Below, one piece after another: positions 1 through 12,753 of a DNA stretch of 64,000 nucleotides. Each line of letters opens with the position of its first letter. The first letter of the stretch is position 1. The notes beneath the pieces are model-generated. The model was not told the origin of the DNA, ran no database searches, and saw nothing but the letters and a program-made list of their open reading frames with translations. A program made the translations under genes and the position numbers. The DNA is from Felis catus (taxonomy: Eukaryota): NCBI RefSeq assembly GCF_018350175.1, contig NC_058380.1, positions 9,300,001-9,364,000 on the forward strand, given 5' to 3'.

Positions 1-1902
1 TTTTCATCTAAGTACTTTCTGATTTTTTTTCTGAATGGGAAAGTCTTTTACATAATGTATCGCGTTTCATAATATTTTATATTTAGAGTTTCTTTTATCC
101 ATACATAAGAAACCAATTTCTAAACATTAAATCTCAGGGTCGTTAAGCATGGGAATGAGTTATGGAGGGACGTTCTAGAATATTTTCTCCCTAGAGGTCT
201 TTAAAACAGGGTAGATTTTCCCTTGGGGTTGTTTTAGATATGATTCCAGTCCAAAGAGAGAAGACAGAGATTTCTAACAGTTATGTTAATTCTCTGATTC
301 TTTTTTTTTTTTTTAATTCTCTGTGATTCTATAAATCTCCTTAGTAGACTCAGGAAACTGGTATATTTAAAGGCTTGGTATAAGCACACTAAATAATCAA
401 CTGAATACATTGAAGCCCTCTAAAAACACTACCAACTTGAACAAAAACAAAATTTGGGTCTTAGTGATAAGATAACAATTACTTTACACTCAGTTCTGAA
501 AGAGATTTTCCTCCTTTCCAAGTTTAAAGAATTCATCAACAAAAGCCATAACAGGGCACTGGGGTTACGCATTCCACCCGTTCGGCAGTCAATAGCCGGC
601 AAATACCTATGCAGAAGGCTCTGATGACTCCTTGAGGTAAATTCAAGTCACTATTTTTAAAGCCACATTTCAGCAAAGGAAGGTATCCAGAGCATGTCGG
701 ATATCCCTGGTTCCACTTCTGGTCATTTTTAGCCTATGACTCAAAATGAGGTCTAACACGCACGCACCAGACTAGACTTCTTTAATCCATTAAGTCCAAA
801 GACATTCTTACCTGGCTGATTGACCCTTAAAATTGAGAAGCAGGGAGAGACCCCAACGTGAACCTACATATTCCAATCTCCAATTTGAAAAGTACTACGG
901 TTTGCTGTGAATGAAATGGGCACGTTTAAAACACCCTGTATCTTCCCAGGTCACCTCAGCTCTACCACCTACTGGTGGCGTAAGCCTGGGCAAGTTGTGC
1001 CTCGGTTTTCTCATCTGCAGAATGGGGATAAGAGGGTGGTCGTGAGGTACAAGGAGATAATGTAGATTCCATCCTCTCCTCTTGTCATTCTTACCGCTAC
1101 CAAGGCCACAAAGGTTAAGAAGTCTAATTGAATTAATTTCGCTTTCTAGAAAAACCCCACGGCAACAGAAAGGCCTTTTAGGAAACTTGGTAGCGTATTA
1201 GCTGGCAACGTTGGGAGTACGCTTTTCTCCAGCAAACTTCAAAATGCCTCTACAGTTTACAACAACTCAGCACAAATACACAGATAAGTCAGCCTGCCAT
1301 GTGCTTCCTGCTAATCTGCTATCAGAGCCACTTACAAGCAAATTCCTTTCCTCACTAAACACCGCAAGTTCACTTACTGCGTGGGCCTTTTTTTTTTTTT
1401 TTTTTTTTTTCCCTCCCTCCAATAGATTACATAACAACTTCTATTTACAGAGGCCAGGGAACTGAATGCAGCTTGCAGCAACTGGACGTGCCTGGAATGT
1501 AACTACCTGTTCATCAGGCTTCCTGCCTGTCCCGCAGGCGGCTTCCACACCTGAGGTGCCTGCCTGGCTGCGCTTCTTATCGACAGAAACCATCTCTGCA
1601 ATAGACACTCGTGGTCTGCCAGACGATAAGACTTCTCCCTGGTATCTTCAAACGCAAAACAAATTACATTCCCTATCTTATCGCCTACCCGCCCCCCAAC
1701 ATAAACAATTTAGGCTTAGTTGCCAAGGCTCCAAACGTGTCTGTTTTCCCCTGAGCTCCCACCTTGGAAATCTAGGCAGATGTATTATGTCCTGACATCC
1801 CTGAGAGTCTCCCAGGGCAACCAAGGTGTGTGTGTGTGTCGGGGGTGGGGGGGATCGTTCTCGGATGGATCCCTATGCCTGATGTTATGAAACAGGGAAA
1901 CT

Positions 1903-2078
1903 GAGCCTGGGTGGCTCAGTCGGTTGAGCATCTGACTCTTTGATTTCGGCTCAGGTCATGATCTCACATCAGGCTCCATGCTGACGGCGTGGAGCCTGCT
2001 GGGATTCTCTCTCTCCCTCTCTCTCTCTGTCCCTCCACCACTCGCTCTCTCAAAATAAATAAACAACAACAACAAAAC
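1903..2078 (+). mobile_element. CanSINE (internally deleted)
   Basis: gcctgggtggctcagtcggttgag head, (CT)n, AATAAA tail; TSD aacagggaaac. Confidence 0.9.
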
Positions 2079-4846
2079 AACAGGGAAACAAACTTATGAA
2101 AATACCTGAGTCTCGCATATACAGAATTTCTGTTCATTCAGAACTCACTGTCTTCTGACACACTAGGATAGTTACTCAATATTCTGTCCCCAAAATAGGG
2201 ATTTAAGTGGTTTCCGTGGGTTGGAAAAAAAAATGTAATGAAGTATATTTATTACATTGAGGATACCTAGAAATTTTAGATACTAAAAGGAGGGGAGAAG
2301 CAGGAGAGAGACAGGCACTAAAGAAAACTGGCAGTGAAACTTTTACTTTCTATCGTAAGGTCCTTTACTCCATATACACCAAAAAAAAAAAAAAAAAACA
2401 AAATAAAACAACAACAAAAACCACCCCAAAAACCTTTTTTATTACAGTTCCTAATTTTAATTTTGCTTTAGTCTCTATAAAGTAAAAAAATAAATCAAAA
2501 TGAAAAGGGAGATGATGGGTTACATTTGCACAGAGCCCACAGCAGGCAAAGGCTGAAGAATTATTTGTTCAGTGCACAACTCCTGCAGTCAACCAGTAAT
2601 TCTCTAGCGGTGCCTATGATGATATATGCCACTTTGGGTGAGTTACAACTCTGAAGTAGGTTTGAGGCAGACCACCTCAACCAAAAAGATTCTCCTCACA
2701 CATGAATAACGCTACAAAGTGGGACAAAAGAAACACGGAATCGTAGCTACCTCTAGGTAAGTGGACATACTTAAAAACTTATTGTTTCCTGAAATATTAG
2801 TAGAGGGATTTATACACAACAATACTTTTTTTTTTTAATTAGGGAGGGATGGAGGTAAACAATAACAAGAAAAATAATATTAACTCGGAAAAAATATTCT
2901 TCTTTTGACTTGTCCTAAACGCCAACCTCCTCCCCACCCCCACCAAAAAACAAAACCAAAAACAAAAAAAGTCTTTGTCAAGCAAGATTGTCATTTCCCT
3001 CTAAAATCTGAGATTTGGGGACAAGTTCTGCAACAATGTCAGGTGGAAGCCCCTTCCCAGCGGCAGAAATGGATCTGCTCTGTTAACAGGTTATTTCTTC
3101 CAAAGTTACCCATGGCCTCCTTGCTCCTCTCTGGCATGAAACACTACCTGCCCTAATATTTTCACTTGTAATGAAGCCTGCTTTCTAGAAACACGAGACA
3201 TGAGTGGTGAGTAAGAAAATGAGTTCCTCCCGACAACAGGGGCCTGGTGAGGGAAGGCCCCAGCATCGGAGACAGAAAAGACACGGAGCCCTCTCTTCTG
3301 GAGAGGGTCCAGAAAGCGCACTCAGGATTGTGTTGTACTGGGGCATGGAGGGGTTGCTCTTCCCAAGCATCCAGACAACCACGACTTCGTTCCCTAAGTT
3401 CTACTCTGTCATTGGGTCTGCTTATTCGAACTTCGGGTGAAAAGGTATCTGAAATGAATTGATTACCTTCCTGCCTTCTGAAGGGAGGCTTTGGGATGTT
3501 TTCCTGCTGAGCGTAGGTCATTAAAAAAAAATACCAATGCTCATGGAGGTCTGTGATGAGATGGCACCCCAGGACACGCATCGAGGTGCGGTGACAGGTG
3601 CCTACTGACAGGGTCCCACACCACTGCCTCTTGGGAGGTGCTTAACTATCTGATTCCTGTCACTCCGTCTCTACTGGAAACTGCCCTGAGATGTGGGTTA
3701 TCAAGATGTGCCAATTTCCTTGACGTTGTGTCTAAAGAGCAAGTTAAAAGGCTCTACGTAAGGAGCGAAGATGTTTTTCCTTTTGACACACACAGGAGTA
3801 AACTGCTTGCATCTGGTGCACAGAGTTTGGGATGGGGTTCTTTCCCTGGTGGTGAGCCCCGTTGTGATGAGGGAGCCAGTACGGGGCAGCGGTTAAAAGA
3901 CGTGGGCTCTTGAGGTCAGGCTGCCGGTATGTGAGTCCCAACTCGCCATGTTCTGGATGTAAAGTACTCATCGCTGAGCATGGTGCACGAGGTATGCCAG
4001 TAGGTGCGCCCTAAGTGTAAGCTATGCACCCAGAGACGTGCGTGTATTTCTTTCTTTCATCTGGCTGCCTTCCCCAGAGCTGGAGTTATGCCATTTTAAA
4101 ACCTCTAAACGCATCAAATATGCAAACTACCATTTTATGCGTGGTTTTCCTCTACGTTTGTAGACGCTAGAGGTTCAGTGCCATAGGATCCTTCACCTAC
4201 CAAAGCGCCATGGTCACTACAAAATGATCTGAATCTGACATGATCCTTTCTTACTCTTTCAAATCCATTCCTAAGTATACAGCCACAGTTAACAAGGTGA
4301 GTTTATCCCTACCAGAAGAGAAACACAAACTCCGAAGACAGAGTACTTCATCATCATCATCATCATCACCTGAACTCTTCTATACTACTTCAGTCCCCAA
4401 ACCTAGAAAAAGTACCCATTTCCTGCACCGATTGTGTGCAGGAATCAGCATGTCGTGGCCTGCCCTAAGGAGAGGGAACCATTCGCAGGAAGGATGTCAA
4501 CGTCAAGGAAGACCCTGGGAATTCAAAATTTCCTGGGATTCAAAGCTCTAATCAGGACAGAACCATAAACTCTTTGCTTACCTGGTGGTTAACAAAAAAA
4601 GCCTGCCAGAGAAAATAAAGTGCGTGGAAGCTCATCCCCTAGCCTCCTGCACCTCTGAATTCTATCAGCGGGATCAAGCCAGACCACCAGAAGGCCCTGG
4701 AAAGGACTATCTCATCTCCACCTGTTACATAACAGCACAGCTTAAGCTTTGATGCCGGGGTATATATAAGAAATAGGCCATGTGGATTCTGTTACTCGGT
4801 TTATTATGAACAAATGTCACTGATGCCTGTCACGCAGTGTCTTTTA

Positions 4847-4882
4847 TAATAATAATAAAATAATAATAATAATAATAATAAT
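4847..4882. repeat. (AAT)n microsatellite
   Basis: Direct reading. Confidence 0.9.
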
Positions 4883-5019
4883 AGCGGTAATTAAAAAAAT
4901 AATCCCACCCGGAGAATCTATTTTATTGCCTCATGCTAGAAAACGCTCCGTTTTCCTCTGAGACACCGGTGAGCTACTTGCTTCTGAACGGTGAAGATTT
5001 GGTACCAGACCCTCCCCCC

Positions 5020-6050
5020 GACCGCACCCCTTTCCTGACTGCCCGGAAACTGGAGTCCACTTGCTCGGAGGCAACAGCCGTTGGAGCTCTTGTCGGCCCG
5101 TGTCCCTGACCTCCCTGACCCCGATTTCGATTCCCTTTGCTTCTGATTTCCTACCTGATCATGATTTTACTGCAGGTGTGCTCCTTGGAAGCCTCCCTCA
5201 ATGCTTTTCGCAAGACCGGGTAGAAATAAATAAGTCAACCAACCTAAGATGGCTCGCGGGGACCGGATTCTGGGGGCGCATTTTGGCGATGGGACGCACC
5301 GCGTGCAGGGTTCTTAACCTGGGGGTGGGGGGCGGTGTGCACGGGCTTCCGACAGACCTTGAACCTCTTGGAAGAGAATGCAGAATCACGGGGGACACAC
5401 CGCCTCCTGCCTCAGACTCTACGGCACAGGAGCCCAAGGATCCTGGCCAAGTGAGCGAAGGAAGACACGACAGCCAACGAGGTACAACAAAGGGCTAAGT
5501 CAGCCCTGGGCTTCGGGCGACCCAGCGCTTGCGCACCCGGAGCAGTCCTTATCCGAGCCGGAGCACCGCGTTATTCATTGGGTGGCACGTTAACCTACCA
5601 GATGGTCTGTTGTAGTTAACAAGGGCCTGCTGCTGCGGCTGCTGTGCCTGCGGCTGGGGCTGCGAGGGCGGCTGGGGCTGCGGCTGCGGCTGCTGCATGC
5701 CGGGCAACGTCCTTTTCCCCTGCACTGCAAGCTGCAGCGTTTCGGGGAGGGGCTGGCCGCGGGCCAGCATTTTGTAAGCTAAAATCTGAGCTCGCAGCTG
5801 ATGCAGCTGGACGGGGCTGAAAGGCGAGGGACCTCTGTTGGGCTGGCTCATCGCCTGCGGATCGCCCGACAGGAGGGGCCCCGGCTGGCTGGGCGGCATC
5901 TGGGGTGGGGTCGGGCCGCCCCCCGACATAGGACTGGAGACGTGCTCTGGGGCTCCCAGCGGAGACGGGTGCGGCGACATGTAGCCTGGAATAAAACAGG
6001 AGAGGAGATCACACGCTGCCCCCAGTGACCCCCGTGGGCCAGGCATTCCT
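5020..6050. promoter_or_regulatory. Intragenic CpG-rich segment covering exon 4 and the start of intron 4
   Basis: Visibly elevated CpG and GC relative to flanking intron. Confidence 0.5.
5599..5985 (-). CDS. SMARCA2: SMARCA2 exon 4 with QLQ domain ([37 protein letters not shown]) and Q/P-rich tract
   Basis: Lies within ORF 5549..6046(-). Acceptor ttttattccAG at 5987-5986; G|GC completes Gly from exon 3; donor CTG|GTAGGT at 5598-5597; 387 nt. Confidence 0.98.
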
Positions 6051-6139
6051 GGCTACTGGGATAATTTTCTGCAACAGCACTGCCTGTTTAGAGGAATGTA
6101 GGATATATACCATTCAATAATCACAGAAGTACATGGAAT

Positions 6140-6410
6140 TATCAAATTTCTATACACCAGAGGCATACAAATTAAAATTTTCTAGGAGTCACATTAACAG
6201 GTAAAAGAAACAAAGCTCATTTTAATAATGTTTCACTGACATCAACAAACCCCAAAATAGTATCATTTCAAAATATAAAAATTATTAGACATATTTTACA
6301 TTCTTTTTTTTTTTCATACTAAGTCACAACACACCTCAAAGAGTAGAAGCCACATGTCGAGTGATCAAAGACCGCATGTGTCCTAGAAGGTAAACTGTCA
6401 GTGGCTGCCA
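6140..6410. mobile_element. hAT-Charlie MITE (MER33-like)
   Basis: aaattttctaggagtcacatt...atattttacattc...agccacatgtcgagtg motifs. Confidence 0.6.
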
Positions 6411-6589
6411 TATACCTAAACGAAAGGCACCAGGGGAGAGCAGTATACATTAAGACTGGCTTCAACTGACAGAACAAAACCTGAAGGTGGGTTCGAGATC
6501 GCAAAAGGGAATGAAGAGTCTCTTATGAGGACAGCAAATGATTATCTGGTTTATTATTATGCACAATTATTGAGGGCCTCCACTGTTGT

Positions 6590-7030
6590 AGGCACTACCC
6601 AAGTTGAGTGCTCCCTCGAAACAGAGCCTGATGGAAGGATTGAGTGTGAGTGATTTGGGCGAAAGGTGCGGGGATACTGTCAGGGGTATAAAAAGGTGGC
6701 ATAAGGCAGGGTCGGCAGCTGCTAGAGTGGGTATCTGCAGATTAATCTCTGGTAGACGCTCAGGGACATAAGGTGAAATAACTTGCCTCCAAATTATCCC
6801 AGGGAGCTGGGGGAGGAAGAAACTTGAGGTATTTACACTCTCAGGATCATCAGTCACTGCTTATGTCACCGGTGACGACTCTGGGGGATCATTGGTCCCC
6901 AGGGACTCTTCTAGCTGTGGGTAAGAGGGACTGAAGTCAGCTGAAGGCAACATGGTGATCTGGCCAGCGGCTTTTAGGCTAGTGGGAGCACAGACATGGC
7001 AAGGAGAATTAAAAGGATAGGCGTGGAGTA
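6590..7030. mobile_element. Old ERVL-type LTR remnant
   Basis: Resembles LTR16/LTR33-class consensus (recalled); boundaries approximate. Confidence 0.45.
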
Positions 7031-7091
7031 CACATTATTTCTTTAATCCCCACAACATCCTCAGAGCCTATGTGTTGTCCCCTCATTTTCA

Positions 7092-7311
7092 AATTTTTCT
7101 TATTTTTATGTATTTTTTAAATGTTTATTTGTGAGAGAGGGAAACAGAGAGCATGAGTGGGGAAGGGGCAAAGAGAGAGAGGGAGAGAGGATCCAAAGGG
7201 GGCTCTATGCTGACAGCAGACAGCCCGATGCGGGGCTTGAGCCCATGAACCGTGAGATCACGACCTGGGCCAAAGTGGGACACTTCACCAGCTGAGCCAC
7301 CTAGGCACCCC
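7092..7311 (-). mobile_element. CanSINE inserted into a MIR
   Basis: Reverse SINE head at 7311; MIR-like sequence on both sides (cctcatttt...gaaactgaggctcagag). Confidence 0.9.
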
Positions 7312-8420
7312 CACCTCATTCTTTTTTTAAATAAGGGAACTGAGGCTCAGAGTGTGAGTGAGTTACCCAAGGTCACACAATGAGATCTCTGTAGCTCCGA
7401 AATTCAAACCAAAGTCCGTGTGATTCCAATATGTACATGTTCTCTCCAGCGTCTAATATTAATCTGGTTTTATAAAACATAAGTTAGAGACTCGAAAGTC
7501 TCACCAATCCTTCTAGAACCATTTACAATATGACATAAACATGAGAGGAATCTGTTTGGGCTTATAAGAGATCTACGTGGGAAACTTACGAATACTTTTC
7601 TTGGGGAAGAAAGTCAAAAATGCATAAAATACTTCAAGGAACTCATTTTCAGGAGATAAACTGCATATCCTGGCCAAAGAATTCCTGGAAAAACATATGA
7701 CCAAGCACTGTTGCAGGGAGACCCAAGGTGAAGTGAAGGAGGGAACAAGGCGGCCTCCTGCAATCCTAAAGCCTGTCCCGAATTCAAACTAAGCGCTAAT
7801 TAATCAAATCACCGATGTCCTAAGACACAGTATAAAATATTAAAGGTCATTGCCTTTTAATAAATGTACTTGAGTCACAATTATCATAAAGGTCATCGCA
7901 CCCGCGGTTATTAGACATCTGCTTTGTGTTTGAGCCCATGTTGGGATTGGGCTGAAAGAGCTCTGTGCGTCCACGTGGGATCACAGAGGCCCAAGAATAT
8001 CTGACCAACCGTGACCGGGGACTCAACCGTCACCATGTGCAAAACTAGAGGGGGAAAAAGGGATGTAACTTCTTGTATGTCGAATTGCCAAGGGAAACAA
8101 ATTTCGTCTGATCCTCTAAGACAAGGGTAGGTTCTGTCCAATCAAAGGGTGGGAGAAGTAGAGCTCCATTCAGAGAAATCCTGCACTGAGGATCCACTGA
8201 CTCTTGTTCTCCAAATCCCTACTTCATAAGGAAAGGCAAAACCACTCAGCCACTAGGGTTCTAGTTAGTCATAGAAGTTGGCCAAGAAAATGCCCTTGAA
8301 CCTGAAAGCAGCCTACAGGGCCAGCAGACATGTACAGCCCAGTATGCTGCCACTTAAAACAGAAAAGGTTTAGATGGGACCCACAATATACACCTAACTT
8401 TGTCATGAACATTCTTCCTT

Positions 8421-8646
8421 TTTTTTTTTTTTATTTTTTTTTTAACCTTTATTTATTTTTGAGACAGAGAGAGACAGAGTATTAACGGGGGAGGGGCAGA
8501 GAGAGAGGGAGACACAGAATCGGAAACAGGATCCAGGCTCTGAGCCATCAGCCCAGAGCCTGACGCGGGGCTCGAACTCCCGGACCACGAGATCGTGACC
8601 TGAGCCAAAGTCGGACGCTTAACCGACTGAGCCACCCAGGCGCCCC
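8421..8646 (-). mobile_element. Young felid CanSINE
   Basis: CpG-rich copy, long T tail; perfect TSD gaacattcttcctt. Confidence 0.95.
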
Positions 8647-9635
8647 GAACATTCTTCCTTCTTAATGAGGCTTACATTTGCCCCTTCATTGTAATGCTGG
8701 TGCAAAATGGGAATTTGTTCATTAGGAAGCAGCTTCCTGACACCGTTTTGGCCAACCCTCTACCTACTACAGAGGGAGAAACCTGCTACCAAAAACTTCC
8801 TGCTGGCATTTTCATAGTAGGAGAGATACTCCTTCTACATTAAGATGGGTCATATGTCTCCCGTCTTCTGGTCTCTCCTATTTTCTTCAGGTCATCAATT
8901 ATAGCTTACCCCAAGATAAGTCACAGGATGCCTAATACAATGGGCCAAAACACCAGACAATCCAGTCTAAACTCAACTGTTAACCAAATTGCTCTTTTAA
9001 ACTGTGGAGTACAGGCAAGACGAAGCAAGGGAGGAAGGTGAGACAGTTACATCAGGGACAGTGATTAAGTTTACCTCAAATTCACTAAGGAAGAAGCTGA
9101 GAGTGGAATAAAAATCATTTTCCAGAATTCGTCAATGCAACCAAGTTTCACCTCAAATGTGACAAGAAGAAACTGGGCATGGGAAATTTTTTCCCCCCAG
9201 AAAATACAGGGGATGGTAACAGAATCATTCTATCACAGTATAACGCTAAAAATGTGACAGTGTTTCAGCTAAAGAGAGAGAGATTTTTTTTTTATCCTAC
9301 ATTCCATAAAACTTCAGGAAAAAACAGAATCTAAATGATGATACAACATAACATATTTTAGTAATTATCTTTAGTTGAGAAAACGGGGTGAGGAAATTGC
9401 CTGAGAGTGAATATACATTCGTCTGCAAGATGCCAGCGTCGATATGGAGTCTACTCTTTTTGAACTAGTCTGATTTGCTCATTCGAAAGTGGTCCAAAAG
9501 TGGCAGTTTTACTTCCCTGGTCTTCGAGGGCCAATATCTCCCCAGTTTCACCTTGCCTCAGAGAGAAGCAGTCACGTCTCTCCTTTTAATAATCTTGAAC
9601 TTATAAGTGCCAATTTTTATACGAATTTTCTCTTC

Positions 9636-9647
9636 GTGCGTGCGCGT

Positions 9648-9678
<31 letters not shown>

Positions 9679-9682
9679 CACA
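9636..9682. repeat. (CA)n microsatellite with CG/TG lead-in
   Basis: cgtgcgtgcgcgtacacaca... Confidence 0.9.
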
Positions 9683-10733
9683 TTAAGTATTATATACTTG
9701 CCTTGGAAGACTTTTTCTATCCAACGGACTAAAAATAAACAATGTTATCATTGAGACCATAAGGTACACAATTCAGTATTTATTGAAGGAAATGGTTTTC
9801 CTTCTCAACCAATACCTTAAAATAACCTAATATGTTGCTAGGTAGTTAGAGCTGGCAGCCTTCCAATCAATGCCACACCTCTCTATACCTGTGTGTTTAT
9901 AAATGGCTTTTTACAATGGGGTTTTTAAAGAGACATGCTATTACAGAGTCTAAATTCTTTTTAGATCATTATATAGAATAAGACTCCATTATACCAATAC
10001 TACTTTACTCAAAACTATGCTTTTAAATAACTCATTCCCCAGCCTGCAATGCACTTTGCTAGTTTGGAGAAAAATATTACGTGCTAATTCTGATTCCATT
10101 TAAATGCAGACCTCTACGTTTCCAAGTAATTAGAACTTCCTGAAATTACATAAAAATTAGTATCTATTTAGAATTGTTGACTTGTGCATGCATCAGGTCA
10201 CTTCTCTGCCTACATGAATGAAATTAACTAGGTATCTATCCGGTTGTGTGCTAGATCCTGTGCCAACGTCTCGGAGATTCCAAGCGGAATAAGAGGAACC
10301 AAGCAATGAGAACAATTCTAAGATACATAAAAGTAAAAACGCTCACGTAAAGTTCATGCATTGGAAGTGTTTTGTGTTGGGAGTTTTGCTCGGACCCTAT
10401 GACTAGAGGTACTGCCAAGCTGGGAGCAGAGAGAACAAGCACCTGGCTTCGAGAATTACTGAATGTCACTCGTCTACATCTCCCAGACAGTACAAATGAG
10501 GTCTATATTGGCTCTGTGAATGCACCTGGCTCACACCTGGCTCCTTAATATTTAAATGTTAAACCCGGAAGTGCTGTCTAAATCCATTCTTGAACACCGA
10601 ATGGGTCAAATGTTTTCTTCCTATACTGCAAAAAGGCCCAATGAATCAGGCTGCTTTTCTGACAACATGGTAGTCAACATTTGGTGAGTCCTCTGTGACC
10701 CTTAGACCTGCCCGCCATCAAAATTCAGATCGA

Positions 10734-10944
10734 GGGGCGCCTGGGTGGCGCAGTCGGTTAAGCGTCCGACTTCAGCCAGGTCACGATCTCGCGGTCCGTG
10801 AGTTCGAGCCCTGCGTCAGGCTCTGGGCTGATGGTTCGGAGCCTGGAGCCTGTTTCCGATTCTGCGTCTCCCTCTCTCTCTGCCCCTCCCCTGTTCATGC
10901 TCTGTCTCTCTCTGTCCCAAAAATAAATAAAAAACATTGAAAAA
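10734..10944 (+). mobile_element. Young felid CanSINE (SINEC_Fc type)
   Basis: ggggcgcctgggtggcgcagtcggttaagcgtccgacttcagccaggtcacg; TSD aaaattcagatcg. Confidence 0.95.
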
Positions 10945-11370
10945 AAAATTCAGATCGGAGTCTGGGATATTCAAAACCTGCTTAAACATTAATGACGATA
11001 CACTCCTATGCCTCCATGATTTGCTTATTTATATATCTGTTAAAATTGTGAACACACTTCTCTAAATCCTCAGTCAAAAAATCTCTCCTCGGATGGATGG
11101 ATGGCTGATCATGAATAGAGAAAAAGACTACATATATTAAACTACAAAGGAGTATGCACACCAACACATAAACCACAAACTTTGAATTATATATCAACAT
11201 ATTAGGGTTAACTGGTCCTAGATGAATGCATGCCCTTGCATGCTGAAATGATCATTAAATGACTGTGAAAACAGGTTACATTGTACTCAAAGACTTGGCG
11301 GTATCTTTACTATGTCTTAGGGAAGAAGGCACCAAGGAGAAGAGAAATATACCCTAGATTGATTGGCCAT

Positions 11371-11866
11371 TGTTGTGGGTTGAATTATGTCCTCTGCAGA
11401 GATATGCTAAAGCCCTAACCTCTAGAACCTATGAATACAACCAAATAATTTGGAAACAGGATCTTTGCAGAGGTAATGAAGTTAAGATGAGGTCATAATG
11501 GATTAAGACCCTAAACCAGTGACTAGTGTCCCTATGAGAAGAGTGAAATCTGGACACAGGCACAGACATTCAGGAAAAATGTCACATGGAGACCAAGACA
11601 GGTTGGAATGAGAGATCGACAAGCCAAGGAGTGTCAAGCTCTCAGCCACCAGAGGCTTCCTGAATTTACAAACAGGAAAACAAGGCAAAACAAGATTCTT
11701 CCCCAGAGCTTTCAGAGAGATCACGGACTTGCTGATACCTTGATTTCAGGTTTCCAGCCTCCAGAACCATGAGAGAATAAATTTCTATTGTTCTGAGCCG
11801 CCCCCCACCCCCACCCCACCACCGGTTGGTGGGAATTTGTTATGGCGGCCTTAGGAGACTAATGCA
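11371..11866 (+). mobile_element. MaLR solo LTR (MLT1-like)
   Basis: TG...CA ends (tgttgtgggttgaattatgtcc ... ttaggagactaatgca), AATAAA near 3' end, 5-bp TSD gccat/gccac. Confidence 0.88.
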
Positions 11867-11989
11867 GCCACCCACCAGCAACGACAGGTAATTCCGCTGC
11901 CAGAAAAAAAGCCACCTTACAGACAACGTAAGAGCATGCAATCCAAGGGACACGGTGGCTCATCTTACCTTCACATCTATGCTGTCATT

Positions 11990-12170
11990 TGGAGGCAGAC
12001 CTGGATTCTCCTTCTGGCCCCGTCACTTACTGGATGTGTAAACTTAGGAAAACACGGTAAATTCTCGGAGCTTTAACTTCCCGTCTGTAACACTGGGGTG
12101 CCCTAATTTACCTTACAAGATCACGAGAAAGAATCTGCATAAAGTACACAAAGCACTCTGTAGACTGCTT
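11990..12170 (+). mobile_element. MIR
   Basis: cagacctggatt...cacttact...tctgtaa..ctgggg core. Confidence 0.6.
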
Positions 12171-12329
12171 GGACGCAGGGTGGCTAGTAGAATTTATTAG
12201 TATTTTGGAAATAAAACTGTCCATATAAATCATAGTTGTGTTGGCGGGGGAAGGGGGAAATGAAGCCTGCAGGACTCGATCTCCCTTAGACACGTTCTTT
12301 GGAAACCACAATTAAAATAACCCGTAAGA

Positions 12330-12555
12330 GGGGCGCCTGGGTGGCTTGGTCAGTTGAGCACCTGACTTCAGCTCAGGTCATGATCTTGTAGTTTGTGGGT
12401 TCGAGCCCCGTGTCAGGCTCTGTGCTGACGGCTCAGAGCCTGGAGCCTGCTTCAGATTCTGTGTCTCCGTCTCTCTCTGTCCCTCCCCTGCTCATTCTCA
12501 CTCGCTCGCTCTCTCTCTCTCTCTCAAAAATAAATAAATGTTAAAAAAATAAATT
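12330..12555 (+). mobile_element. CanSINE ending ~70 nt from the exon 3 donor
   Basis: Full head, (CT)n and A-rich tail. Confidence 0.93.
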
Positions 12556-12623
12556 AAATAACCAACAAGAAAGATGAAAGGCTATGGAACTGAGCCAATG
12601 TCAGGTGTGGAGCAGACACAAAC

Positions 12624-12753
12624 CTTGGCTGTGTTGATCCATCGGACTCTGGGGAGGACCCATGCCTGGGTGCGGTGGCCGCATACCGGTGCCCTTCATG
12701 GATCCACAATGGATATCTTCTACAATCCCCTTGTCGTGCATACCATCGATGGG
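12624..12753 (-). CDS. SMARCA2: SMARCA2 exon 3: [43 protein letters not shown](G)
   Basis: Hand-translated (not in the ORF track on this strand). Acceptor tgtttcAG at 12755-12754; 130 nt; phase 0 in, phase 1 out; donor AAG|GTTTGT. Joins exons 2 and 4 in frame. Confidence 0.97.

Noticed and set aside
961-980. CTCF-like motif (also similar at ~34771)
   Set aside because: Mismatched in the core and located in old repeats; unsupported without a PWM scan or ChIP.
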